From an uncultured Verrucomicrobiae bacterium (lineage in GTDB: Bacteria; Verrucomicrobiota; Verrucomicrobiia; Chthoniobacterales; JAFAMB01): a stretch of DNA of 64,000 nucleotides. The DNA is taken from the NCBI GenBank assembly GCA_963762565.1, contig CAVXLD010000011.1, forward strand, positions 128,001 through 192,000, read 5' to 3'. The notes beneath the pieces were generated by a model, which was not told the DNA's origin, did no database searches, and saw only the letters and a list, made by a program, of their open reading frames with translations. The stretch's first letter is position 1. Each line of letters opens with the position of its first letter. The position numbers and the translations under genes are program-made. Of the stretch, positions 38,180 through 47,397 are shown one piece after another.

Positions 38180-38334
38180 GCCAGCTGCTGTATCTCTCGC
38201 TTGTGGCTCTGGCTGAGCCGGTTACGCCTGGAATAGGATCCAGCGTCTTGGTACGAGATTTCGAATGTTTGATGGGCCGTTTCGTTGCGCGGCGTCCCAC
38301 TGCTGTTACGAGTTCTGATTCTCAATTGGCTGCT

Positions 38335-38928
38335 TTACTGGCCAATGTTCGGCAAAAAACTGGAACAAGAAGATCCGAATCCCTGGCAAGAATATTGGGG
38401 CGAAACCTTCGGTTCTCGCGTGCAACTGACTAGAGCGGGAATTTCGCGGCCGATCCGCATGCGATACTTATATTCCCTGTCCTCGGCGGGCAATTCGCTG
38501 CCTGTGTCTAGCGCGACGATGACAAGATCCGGATGCCGATCCCAAGGGACTTCGAACGATTTAGCGGACCCGGTTCTGGCTTGCATAAAAGCCCATTCGA
38601 ATTGCGAAACAGAACGGATTAACGGGTCCGGGTGGGGGTGCAGCGAGCAGAGGAAGGACCGGCTGAGCTCTTCGATAAATGGAGAAGTCGGATGGCAGTT
38701 AAAATAGGTTGATACCGTAGCATCGAAGCAACCCAGGCGTTTCAATAAACGCGAGGTGAATCTGCACTGCGCCTCCAGCTGAAGCGCACGCCACCAAATC
38801 GCGATCTCACTCAGCATCGCTAGACCGCGCGAACCCGCTACTTCTTCCAAGTACGGATCGTCGATGATAACATCCTGGTTCTTGATAAGCGCCAGCAGCC
38901 CCCTTTGCTGCCTTTCGAGCTGAGTCAT
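38335..38928 (-). CDS. MNIO partner protein (DUF2063/RRE-like)
   Basis: ATGA overlap with DUF692; helical N-terminal pattern LERQQRGLLALI...FDATVSTYFNCHP...SQFEWA typical of DUF692 partners (family call inferred). Confidence 0.65.
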   Translation of the reverse strand: MTQLERQQRGLLALIKNQDVIIDDPYLEEVAGSRGLAMLSEIAIWWRALQLEAQCRFTSRLLKRLGCFDATVSTYFNCHPTSPFIEELSRSFLCSLHPHPDPLIRSVSQFEWAFMQARTGSAKSFEVPWDRHPDLVIVALDTGSELPAEDREYKYRMRIGREIPALVSCTREPKVSPQYSCQGFGSSCSSFLPNIGQ

Positions 38929-39791
38929 AACTCAATCGCCTGTCTGACCCGAGCCAGCTCGGAACAAATTCCGTTGTGTCCAAGCAAAGGAATCGCTTCT
39001 TTGAGAAATTCGAATGTTACAACCCGTAAACTCGGTGCGCGTCTTATGATCTCAAGTCCAAGGCTTAGGGTGCTGTCGCCGGTGCGATGCGAATGGATAT
39101 CGAGATAAAACCCGTTATGCTGGGTACCACCCGCGAGGTGAAGTTCGCGAACCGGCCGCATATCAAGCTCGTCAAGAAATGAGTTAATATCCAAGTCTTG
39201 ATTGTAGGCGTCACATTCCAGGTTATAAGCGTCGAGGATCAGACCACATCCTGTCCGCGACGTAATTGCATTGAGAAAACCGGCAGCTGTAAATTGGGCG
39301 GGACCATCCGGCAAAAGCTGGATCACATGTTCGAGAAGGAATGGGACACCGTACCGATGCTGGATCGATTGCACCCGCTCGCAAACCAAATCCAATACTT
39401 CTTCAGTTCGCGGCAAAGCCAACATGGTGCCGACGTTTTCTCCGTCAACCATGGTGCAGGCCAGGTGTTCACTGTGCCAATCGAGTTCAAGTCGGGTAAA
39501 AAGATCGTCAAGCAACCTGAGATACTGGTCATTCCAGTGATCAAAAGACCCTATCGAGAGTCCGACTCCATGCGCGATGAAGCTGATGTCTGGTGCGACC
39601 GAAACGTACTCTGCCAGCACCTCGCTACGCAATGATGCGCGACCAGCCTCTGATCGGGCGACCGCGTCCGGCGTGATCTCGATCGCATCAATAATCGGCA
39701 CGATGCGCTCCAGAAGAGCGGGATCATCGCCTTCGTAGGTAGTAGCCAGCGCCGGGCGAGAGGCGGTGAACGTTCTATCAGCGCTGGCCAT
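38925..39791 (-). CDS. DUF692 / multinuclear non-haem iron oxidative enzyme (MNIO)
   Basis: HGVGLSIGS, SEHLA, LLEH, GLILDAYN, ELHLAGG, DIHS and VTFE metal-ligand motifs. Confidence 0.92.
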   Translation of the reverse strand: MASADRTFTASRPALATTYEGDDPALLERIVPIIDAIEITPDAVARSEAGRASLRSEVLAEYVSVAPDISFIAHGVGLSIGSFDHWNDQYLRLLDDLFTRLELDWHSEHLACTMVDGENVGTMLALPRTEEVLDLVCERVQSIQHRYGVPFLLEHVIQLLPDGPAQFTAAGFLNAITSRTGCGLILDAYNLECDAYNQDLDINSFLDELDMRPVRELHLAGGTQHNGFYLDIHSHRTGDSTLSLGLEIIRRAPSLRVVTFEFLKEAIPLLGHNGICSELARVRQAIEL

Positions 39792-39851
39792 CTTCCGGGT
39801 TTACCCTCCAAAGCTTGCGGACTTCACTCCGGGAAGCTCTGAATTTTCCTG

Positions 39852-40010
39852 TTATTCTACAGGATTCCCACTGAGTTGTAGGTCGATGCCCAACAGCCCA
39901 CATGTCCTACAGCCGCTCAGTCCCACAATCGTATCTACGATCGTATGCAGGTGTTCGAGCGTCACATCTTCGGTGACATGAATCTGTACCTTTCCGGTTA
40001 CTTCTGGCAT
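39852..40010 (-). CDS. Putative RiPP precursor peptide (52 aa, CxxC)
   Basis: MPEVTGKVQIHVTEDVTLEHLHTIVDTIVGLSGCRTCGLLGIDLQLSGNPVE*; RBS GAAGGAG 7 nt upstream; directly upstream of DUF692; below the ORF-track size cut-off. Confidence 0.8.
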   Translation of the reverse strand: MPEVTGKVQIHVTEDVTLEHLHTIVDTIVGLSGCRTCGLLGIDLQLSGNPVE

Positions 40011-40220
40011 ATACAATCTCCTTCAATTACATTGTTGAATTACTGACGGATGAAGACGAAACCATGGAATCGTTTCGCCCACACGTCTTCACGCTAAGCT
40101 TCGGGCACCAGCTGGTAAATACGTCGAATGACGTACTATCCTGGCGATCACACCCAAAGCCACAAGAGGAAGGTGGCGACCTTACCTCCTTTGTGCCTCA
40201 GTGTCCTTGTGCGAGCAGCC

Positions 40221-42500
40221 TTAAAATTCGTCGAAAGCGATCTGAGTAGGCGGAACACGAAGCTCAGCCAGCATCTTCTTAACTGCTTTGATCATCATCG
40301 GCGGGCCGCACAGATAATATTCGACTGAGGCGGGATCGGGATGATCGCGAAGATAGTTCTGTAGGACGACTTCATGAATGATGCCGGTTAACCCGGTCCA
40401 ATTATCCTCTGGAAGCGGATTCGATAGCGCCACGTGGAATTGGAAGTTCGGATGGGCGGCAGCGAGTTGCTGAAAGTAATCCTCGTAGAAAATTTCCTGT
40501 CGCGAACGTGCGCCATACCAGAAACTCACTTTGCGATGGGTGTTTTCGGTCTCAAACAAATGCGAAATGTGCGCCCGTAAAGGCGCCATGCCGGATCCTC
40601 GGCCGATGTAGATCATTTCTCGCAAAGTTGGTTTGATGTGGAAATCGCCGAACGGTCCTATCGCCGTAACGGTGTCTCCCGGTTTCAGATTGAAGACGTA
40701 GGAGGAGCCGACACCCGGCGCACAATCTTGGCCTGGCGGCGGGGTAGCGATCCGAACATTGAATCGCACAGTTCGTTCGATCTGCTGGTTGCTGGCTAAC
40801 GAATAGTTATTGCGCCGGCCTGTTTCCGGGTTCCTGGCGACCAGATCAAATACATGTTGGCGTTCCCACACGGCTGCGTACGGCTCTGGTATATCAAACT
40901 CACGGAAACGGATATTTTCGTAAGAGGGAATATCGAGCTGGATATAGTCACCGGGCGTAAAATCCACCGGCTCCGAACTGTCCGGTTCAAGCAGAAGCTC
41001 TTTTATAAAGGTGGCAACACTGCGGTTGCCGACCACGCGGAGATGCAGAGTCTTTTGGGCCCGAGCACCGGCGCCGCCGGGGCGAGCAATATTCAAAACG
41101 AGGCGGCCATCGCGTTCTTGAACCGGATAGGTGGCCACACCTCGACAGACCGGGGCTCGCGCGGGAGAACCGTCCTCTAGACGGAAGCGGCCGTTATGTT
41201 TCGGACATTCAATGATGTTCCCTTTTACCAGGCCGTCTGACAGGTGAGTGTTGCCGTGGGTGCAGATGCCATCCATGGCGTAGAGCTTGCCATGTTCGTC
41301 TCGGACAATGGCATATGTCTTCTGCCGGTTTTCGAATCGGATGACTTCTGCTGGGGCCAGGTCAGCAGCAGGACAAATGTCTAACCAACCATTCGGGTCA
41401 GGTCGCGCGTCCGATAGGTAAATGCCTTCGTTTAACCGAGTCTTCGGTTCAGGTAGCACCCGCTTTACATGGTAGGCCGCATCCTTGGCCTGACGAAGGA
41501 TCGCAGGAATGATCTCTCTGTAGGCAGCTAACAAGCTGGGGTAAGGCTTTGGCATGTCCTCTTTTACCACCTCGTGAAGCCGGGGAACCGCATGGTAAGG
41601 AACTAAAGGGAACATGTGATGTTCCACGTGATAGTTCATGTTCCAATAGAGGAAGCGGTTGAGAAAGTTCATGTAAACCGTCCGGCAGTTAAGCCGGTGA
41701 TCGAGAACGTTCTCCGCCAGCCCGGCATGTTGAGTCAGCCCGTAAATTACCAGAAGCCAGGAGCCGAAAAGATTGGTGGACCCGACTAACAACAGGGGAA
41801 GTATGCTTCTGGTGTAGATTGCGAGGCAAATGGTGGCTGCGTAGATCGTGACGTAAATCCGGGCGCGAGTGTAGATCTTCGGAAACTCGCTCTCAGGGAT
41901 AAACATCTTTTCGTCCGGGGCCATCTTACCGAGGCTGTGCAGGACGATCCGTCGAAAATAGACTGGATAGCCCCAGAGGTTAAAGAAGAGACCGATAAGG
42001 CGCGGGATGTCGGCTGGTCGAGGTACAGCGATTTCAGGATCCCGGCCCACGATGATCGTGTCGCTATGATGCCGGGTATGGCTCCAGCGCCAGACGATGG
42101 ACTCGCGCATCACCATGAAAGAGGCGATTTCGTAAAGCGCGTTGTTCATCCAGTCCGTCTTGAACGCGGTGCCGTGCCCGGACTCGTGCCATCGCGAATC
42201 GGAGGTAGAAGCGTAAAGAACAGCGTAGATCAGATAGGGAACAATCGCCCACCAAGATGGCCAGAGGCGATAGGTCAAATAGCCAAAACCGATAATCAAT
42301 CCAAACCAGATAATGCTATCTCGGATGGCGGGACCATCGCGCCGTTCTAAAAGCTTTCGCATTAACGGACGTGGAACCGGGGATTGATACCAGTCGGCCT
42401 CAGCTAGTCCGCGTTCGATAGCTTTGGTAGAGTTCTCACCGGTCAAGCTGTAGTCCAGTTTGGTAGGCGGCATCAGGACCGCAGTTGATTCATCGCTCAT
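40221..42500 (-). CDS. Fusion: fatty-acid-desaturase family (MocD-like) + Rieske 2Fe-2S (MocE-like) + NqrF-type FAD/NAD reductase
   Basis: His boxes HESGH, HTRHH, HVEHH; Rieske CTH...CPKH; reductase RNNYSLAS, GRGSGMAP, YLCGPPMM, terminal FDEF. Start trimmed to MSDEST. Confidence 0.9.
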   Translation of the reverse strand: MSDESTAVLMPPTKLDYSLTGENSTKAIERGLAEADWYQSPVPRPLMRKLLERRDGPAIRDSIIWFGLIIGFGYLTYRLWPSWWAIVPYLIYAVLYASTSDSRWHESGHGTAFKTDWMNNALYEIASFMVMRESIVWRWSHTRHHSDTIIVGRDPEIAVPRPADIPRLIGLFFNLWGYPVYFRRIVLHSLGKMAPDEKMFIPESEFPKIYTRARIYVTIYAATICLAIYTRSILPLLLVGSTNLFGSWLLVIYGLTQHAGLAENVLDHRLNCRTVYMNFLNRFLYWNMNYHVEHHMFPLVPYHAVPRLHEVVKEDMPKPYPSLLAAYREIIPAILRQAKDAAYHVKRVLPEPKTRLNEGIYLSDARPDPNGWLDICPAADLAPAEVIRFENRQKTYAIVRDEHGKLYAMDGICTHGNTHLSDGLVKGNIIECPKHNGRFRLEDGSPARAPVCRGVATYPVQERDGRLVLNIARPGGAGARAQKTLHLRVVGNRSVATFIKELLLEPDSSEPVDFTPGDYIQLDIPSYENIRFREFDIPEPYAAVWERQHVFDLVARNPETGRRNNYSLASNQQIERTVRFNVRIATPPPGQDCAPGVGSSYVFNLKPGDTVTAIGPFGDFHIKPTLREMIYIGRGSGMAPLRAHISHLFETENTHRKVSFWYGARSRQEIFYEDYFQQLAAAHPNFQFHVALSNPLPEDNWTGLTGIIHEVVLQNYLRDHPDPASVEYYLCGPPMMIKAVKKMLAELRVPPTQIAFDEF

Positions 42501-42516
42501 AACAAACGGGGTTTGG

Positions 42517-42705
42517 AATAGCCGCAAGAGATCGCAAGGAACGCAAAAAAACGGATCAACAGAAGGTCACAAAGGACGCAAAGAGGGCCAACTCCCAAGA
42601 CAAGCCAATTTTAATGCTACCTTTGTGTCCTTTGTGATCTTCTGTGAGTCCGTTCTTTTCGGTTCCTTCATTTCTTTGCGGTCCTTGCGTTCTTTCGCGG
42701 CTATT
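42517..42705. repeat. Nested inverted repeats of two 9-mer families
   Basis: Outer AATAGCCGC.../...GCGGCTATT; inner ACAGAAGGTCACAAAGGACGCAAAG (42559-42583) / 42621-42645. Confidence 0.75.
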
Positions 42706-42717
42706 CAGTTTTTAAAT

Positions 42718-43785
42718 CTAAATATTCTCGCTGGTATAAACGTTGAACGGGACGACCGAAGATTGTTTTCTGCCGGGTGGCGTTTTTTTGAGATCGACAA
42801 GCATGTTAAGAGTCGAACGGGCCAGCGCCGGGAGATCGTGTGCTAACACTAGATCGATGGTACCCGCATTAAGGCCGGCGCGGGTGACGGGTGTAAGCTC
42901 GTGGCACACATAGGCAAGTTTTCGTGAAGGTTTAGTTTCCTCGATTGCCCGGAGCACGCCGCTGGCCCCGCCGCCAACGTTATAAATGCCGCTCAATTCG
43001 TCGGTTGCCTGCAAAAGTTCGAGTGTCTTTTTGTAAGCAATCTCGGGATCATCCAAGCACACCGCCGGTTCGAGCACCTCGAATTCGAGACCTTTTTCCC
43101 GAAAATAACTGCGAAAGCCGATCTCACGTTCTTCCTGTCCGATATAGCCGTGGCTGCCAATTAAAACGCCGAGCTTGCCGGGCCGGCCGGCACAGCGGGC
43201 GATGGCCCAGGCAGCGGTCCGCCCGGCCATTCGATTATTGATCCCGGCGTAGCCTGCTAGCTTGGGTGATGAGAGGTCCGACAGGAGGGCCACGACCGGA
43301 ATTTGTTGTTCGGCAAGAAACTCGATCGCATCTGAAACCGGGTTGCTTTCAGTCGCCACCACCGCCACTGCGTCCACCTGTCCCTGCACCGAGCGCAGCG
43401 CTTCCGCCACCTTGGCCGGTTCTAAATAGTCATTCATATGGCGGATGCTCACCTGGGCGCCTTGCGTTGGGTCACGCTGAGCGGTCTGCTCCAGCTCTTC
43501 AGCGAGCTGTTGATAAAAGGAAGAGGCTCTTCGTTGGAGTAGAAAAACGCATCTTATTGCCTGGGATGCCTCGTCCATCCGGACCCTCATTGGCACGGTG
43601 AACTGGTAGCCGAGCGCTTGGGCAGCCGATTGCACCCGCAAAGCCGTGCCCCGGCGTACGGTGGTGCGCCCGTTGATTACGCGATCCACGGTGGCAACGC
43701 TTAATTGCGCTTTCTCGGCGATCTGCCGCACTGTCACCCGGCGCTTTACCAAGCTGGGAGGGGGGCCAGAAAGTTCATTAAACAT
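42718..43785 (-). CDS. LacI-family regulator
   Basis: VTVRQIAEKAQLSVATVDRVINGR HTH plus periplasmic-binding-fold domain; start trimmed to ATG 43785. Confidence 0.93.
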   Translation of the reverse strand: MFNELSGPPPSLVKRRVTVRQIAEKAQLSVATVDRVINGRTTVRRGTALRVQSAAQALGYQFTVPMRVRMDEASQAIRCVFLLQRRASSFYQQLAEELEQTAQRDPTQGAQVSIRHMNDYLEPAKVAEALRSVQGQVDAVAVVATESNPVSDAIEFLAEQQIPVVALLSDLSSPKLAGYAGINNRMAGRTAAWAIARCAGRPGKLGVLIGSHGYIGQEEREIGFRSYFREKGLEFEVLEPAVCLDDPEIAYKKTLELLQATDELSGIYNVGGGASGVLRAIEETKPSRKLAYVCHELTPVTRAGLNAGTIDLVLAHDLPALARSTLNMLVDLKKTPPGRKQSSVVPFNVYTSENI

Positions 43786-43847
43786 ACGATCCCAAGTACA
43801 GATATACGCAGATATAACTGATGTCAAACAATCAAAAGTGTTATGGT

Positions 43848-43867
43848 ATTGATAGAATGCTATCAAT
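43848..43867. promoter_or_regulatory. Candidate LacI operator ATTGATAG-N4-CTATCAAT
   Basis: Perfect 8-bp inverted repeat about 60 nt upstream of the LacI gene. Confidence 0.6.
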
Positions 43868-44076
43868 GCGACGAGGGATATCTATTTTGGGGATCTTATC
43901 CCGAAGGGATGAACGGACTCAGCCAGGGGTTTCAACCCCGGGGAACTGTCCACCCGACGGGCCGCCCCGTAGGCGCGGCGGAAGATCGACACCTCGTTTG
44001 GGCAACATAGGCAAAGCCGACGGCGGGCTAGTGGCTCAAATGCTTCAAAAACTGAGGTAATTAGATCAAATTCTGG

Positions 44077-44451
44077 CTACTTCACCTTCCTGGCTAATCT
44101 CCTTTTGCCTGCGGTCTCCGCGCTCTCGATCTGAACTTTGTGGGCGTTGAGGATGGCAGAAAGCAATCCAGGGAACCGCCTTTCGATCTCCGAACAGCGA
44201 GAAGCGTTGTGCATCTCAACGCCGTGCCGTTCGGTTCGAATTAGGCCCGCATCCCGGAGAGCCTTGAAGTGATGGGACAACGTTGATTTGGGGATTTGCT
44301 TGTTCGTGACGTTTAAAAAAGTGGAGCAATTTTGGACGCAGTCGGAGCTATTGAGATCAGCAAAGATGGCGACCCTGACCGGGTCGGAGAGGGCATGCAG
44401 GATGCCTTCAACGGTCACGTTTTCGATGGGGGGATGAAACAGGGGTCTCAT
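44077..44451 (-). CDS. ArsR/SmtB-family regulator
   Basis: LHALSDPVR, KSTLSHHFKALRDAGLI. Confidence 0.92.
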   Translation of the reverse strand: MRPLFHPPIENVTVEGILHALSDPVRVAIFADLNSSDCVQNCSTFLNVTNKQIPKSTLSHHFKALRDAGLIRTERHGVEMHNASRCSEIERRFPGLLSAILNAHKVQIESAETAGKRRLARKVK

Positions 44452-44487
44452 ACCCAGCGAATATAGAACGATTTGACAACTTGTTCA

Positions 44488-44528
44488 ATAGTTCCTAACT
44501 TTGGAACTATAGTTCCATTATTCGGAAC
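44488..44528. promoter_or_regulatory. Tandem operators GTTCC-N7-GGAAC
   Basis: ATAGTTCC-N7-GGAACTAT (44488-44510) and GTTCC-N7-GGAAC (44512-44528) between divergent arsR and SDR genes. Confidence 0.7.
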
Positions 44529-44576
44529 AATGGAATAGAAAGCAGTGCAAAGCAAACTCTCTCAATCAAAAGCCTA

Positions 44577-45314
44577 ATGAGTAAATTAAAAGGTAAAGTC
44601 GCAGTCGTTACCGGCGCTTCCAAAGGCATCGGCGCTGGCATCGCTAAAGCCTTAGCCGCAGACGGCGCCTCCGTTGTTGTCAACTATGCTTCTAGCAAAG
44701 CCGGTGCCGATGATGTGGTCGCCGCCATCAAAAAGAACGGCGGTACCGCTGTCGCAGTACAAGGTGACGTATCGAAGGCCGCCGACGCGGAAGCCATCAT
44801 CGACGCCGCCATCAAAAACTACGGTCGCCTCGATATTCTGGTTAACAACTCTGGTGTTTACGAATTCCAACCGATCGAAGCGGTTACCGAGGAACACTTC
44901 CATCGGATTTTCAACATCAACGTGTTGGGAGCGCTTCTCACGACTCAAGCTGCCGTAAAGCACCTGGACGAGGGGGGGAGCATCATCAATATCGGTTCCG
45001 CTGCCAGCCGAGTGACCCCACCAACCTCGGCAGTCTACACAGGAACAAAAGGCGCTGTCGATGCCATCACCGGAGTGCTAGCCCGCGAGCTCGGTCCTAA
45101 GAAAATCCGGGTCAATCCTGGAATGGTTGAGACTGAGGGCACTCACACCGGAGGCTTTATTGGCTCCGACTTAGAGAAAGCGTTGGTTGCGCAGACGCCT
45201 TTAGGCAGGATCGGACAAGCGTGGGACATTGCACCAATCGCCGTCTTTTTGGCGTCCGACGATTCTCACTGGCTGACCGGCGAGCTAATACTCGCTACCG
45301 GCGGCATGCGCTAA
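44577..45314 (+). CDS. SDR oxidoreductase (glucose-1-dehydrogenase-like)
   Basis: TGASKGIG, NNSG, YTGTK. Confidence 0.93.
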   Translation: MSKLKGKVAVVTGASKGIGAGIAKALAADGASVVVNYASSKAGADDVVAAIKKNGGTAVAVQGDVSKAADAEAIIDAAIKNYGRLDILVNNSGVYEFQPIEAVTEEHFHRIFNINVLGALLTTQAAVKHLDEGGSIINIGSAASRVTPPTSAVYTGTKGAVDAITGVLARELGPKKIRVNPGMVETEGTHTGGFIGSDLEKALVAQTPLGRIGQAWDIAPIAVFLASDDSHWLTGELILATGGMR

Positions 45315-45394
45315 ATCCGAGAACAACGCAGTTCACAAGTTCAACTGTCCACTAACTCACAAATACGCAATCAATCATCAATCGACTCGTTCTG

Positions 45395-46132
45395 ATGCAA
45401 AATAAAACTATCCTTATCACTGGCGGAACCACGGGGATCGGCCTTGCTACCGCCCAACTCCTTAGCGCCGATGGCGCAAGAGTTATCGTCACTGGGCGGA
45501 ATCCTGAGACTCTCGCCGCCGCTAAAAAAACTCTCACTGACGTGGTTGTCCTTCCCTCGGACTCCGGTGACTTGGCTGCCGCGCTGGCGTTAGGCGGCGA
45601 GGTAAAAAAATACGTGGATCATCTTGACGGGGTTTTCCTGAATGCAGGGATCGCGGCGTTCGCACCGTTCGAAGCGGCAACGCCGAAAAACTACGACGAC
45701 CTGTTCAATGTGAATGTGCGAGGTCTTTACTTCCAGCTGCAATCATTGCTGCCTGTGCTTGGTAATCCTAGTTCCGTCGTGTTTACATCCTCCATCGCCG
45801 GTTCTATTGCGTTCGCCGGCACTTCGATCTATTCGGCGACCAAGGCCGCCGTGATCTCCATGGGCAAGAACCTAGCGGTCGAGTTAGCTCCCCGCGGTGT
45901 ACGAGTGAACGTGTTAAGCCCCGGACCGATTGACACGCCCATCCTAAATAAAATAGGTCTCCCGACCGATCAGCAGAAAGGGTTCGAGGAAACGATTGTC
46001 GCCAAGTCGCTATTGAAGCGGATCGGCACGTCTGACGAAGTGGCGCGGGCCGCTCGATTCCTTCTCTCGGAGGATTCCAGCAATATTACCGGTACTGAGC
46101 TCATCATCGACGGTGGTGTCCGGCTGAACTAG
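45395..46132 (+). CDS. SDR oxidoreductase
   Basis: TGGTTGIG, LNAG, YSATK. Confidence 0.93.
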   Translation: MQNKTILITGGTTGIGLATAQLLSADGARVIVTGRNPETLAAAKKTLTDVVVLPSDSGDLAAALALGGEVKKYVDHLDGVFLNAGIAAFAPFEAATPKNYDDLFNVNVRGLYFQLQSLLPVLGNPSSVVFTSSIAGSIAFAGTSIYSATKAAVISMGKNLAVELAPRGVRVNVLSPGPIDTPILNKIGLPTDQQKGFEETIVAKSLLKRIGTSDEVARAARFLLSEDSSNITGTELIIDGGVRLN

Positions 46133-46147
46133 GTTGGCGGACTTTCT

Positions 46148-46465
46148 CTAGTGTCCTGTCCCATAAATAACGTGGCTTTCGCCCGGCAGGTTCCCATGCG
46201 CGTTAACATAAGGGCGCAGGTGTTAGCCGGCCCCTGACGGGAGGGCGCGCGTCCTCGCGCGCTGCGAAGACGTGCCAAGCTTACGGACGTATTCCGATCA
46301 CTCGATCGACAAACACGCTCGGCTTCAGGAACGACGGATCGCGGGGACGCGATCCCTCCCAGCGCCGGGTCCGGCACGTGCCAGGCACGTGCCTGGCGGC
46401 CGCCTTGCCGGCGGCCCATTTTGATCGCAACGAAAGCCACGTTATTTATGGGACCTGGACACTAG
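46148..46465. mobile_element. MITE-like element with 34/35-bp terminal inverted repeats and CTAG ends
   Basis: CTAGTGTCCTGTCCCATAAATAACGTGGCTTTCG / CGAAAGCCACGTTATTTATGGGACCTGGACACTAG; solo end copy at 52145-52160. Confidence 0.75.
46239..46360. repeat. Family-B paired REP element, copy 3 (nested in the MITE)
   Basis: Same arms as 28559-28682 and a similar interior. Confidence 0.85.
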
Positions 46466-46572
46466 TTTCCTTCTGAATAGTCATAGGCGGATCGATCAAA
46501 CCGGGACTGTCCAGTGGTCTCGGTTTGATTCGGCATGAATCTGGAGCCGATGGCGGGCCGCGGTAGACGCGG

Positions 46573-46806
46573 TCAAGTTTTCGCGGGCGGAGCTTTTGCA
46601 CTTTTAAAGCGAATTCCAACCACTGGGCAGTCGGCTTTGCGGACTAGTTCGTCCATTATCTCTTTGGTAGTCCAACTGTAACTGCCAAGATCCAGTGCCA
46701 GTGGAATCACGATCAAGTCACTTTGTAGCCTCTGACTGGCGCACCGGATCTCGACCGGAAGAGAGCCGAATGTAAATTCGGAGCGACAGTATCGCCGGTT
46801 CTGCAT
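46573..46806 (-). pseudogene. Universal-stress-protein-like C-terminal fragment
   Basis: GSLPVEI...SDLIVI...IMDELVRKADCPVVGIR resembles a USP C-terminus; no intact N-terminal half. Confidence 0.4.
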
Positions 46807-47031
46807 GCGCTTCTAGAAATGCTGCGGGAACAGGCGCAAGCTGTCGCCAAACTCCCAGAGAAAAGTTACAGCCGCTAGTGCATCTTTCGAATCTGGAATC
46901 TCGGGAACTTTTCACGCGCATAACGCTGGAATTCTTGCTCTAAGAATTACCTTCGCGAAAGCGTGCGAGCAATAACGGCTTATCTGCGCGCGGCTCGATA
47001 TTGACCACAAAGCGGTAACAGAGGCCCCGGC

Positions 47032-47397
47032 TCAGTTTGTAAACGAGAGTCCCAGCTGCTTGGCCATCCGTAGTAGCGGACGGTCCCGAGTCCAAAGTTC
47101 GACGCCTGACAGAAGAGCCGAACCCAGGAGAAGTACATCGGTCCAGCCGAGCCCTTTTCCCCACCGTGTGTGGTCCTCGACCAATCGGAGACCTTCTGCT
47201 GGAGAAACTTCAGCGGCGCGAGGTAATGCCGACCAAAGAGAGAGTAGGGTTTTACGATTCGGTAGACTTCCGCAGGCAAGCTCGCCTAAGACGGCTGGAT
47301 GCATGACGACTTCCGATGACTGCAATAGCGTGACTAACCTAGAGTCTGCCTGGTGCAGATGATCGATCCAGACGGATGCATCGACTAGAACGTTCAT
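47032..47397 (-). CDS. vapC: VapC PIN-domain toxin
   Basis: VLVDASVWID, GELACG, GWTDVLL, LWTRD. Confidence 0.92.
   Translation of the reverse strand: MNVLVDASVWIDHLHQADSRLVTLLQSSEVVMHPAVLGELACGSLPNRKTLLSLWSALPRAAEVSPAEGLRLVEDHTRWGKGLGWTDVLLLGSALLSGVELWTRDRPLLRMAKQLGLSFTN

Noticed and set aside
39852..39854. Selenocysteine or pyrrolysine recoding in the precursor
   Set aside because: The stop is TAA, not TGA or TAG.
40221..41050. Na+-NQR subunit F (nqrF) gene
   Set aside because: Only the FAD/NAD module is present, fused to desaturase and Rieske domains; no nqrA-E nearby.
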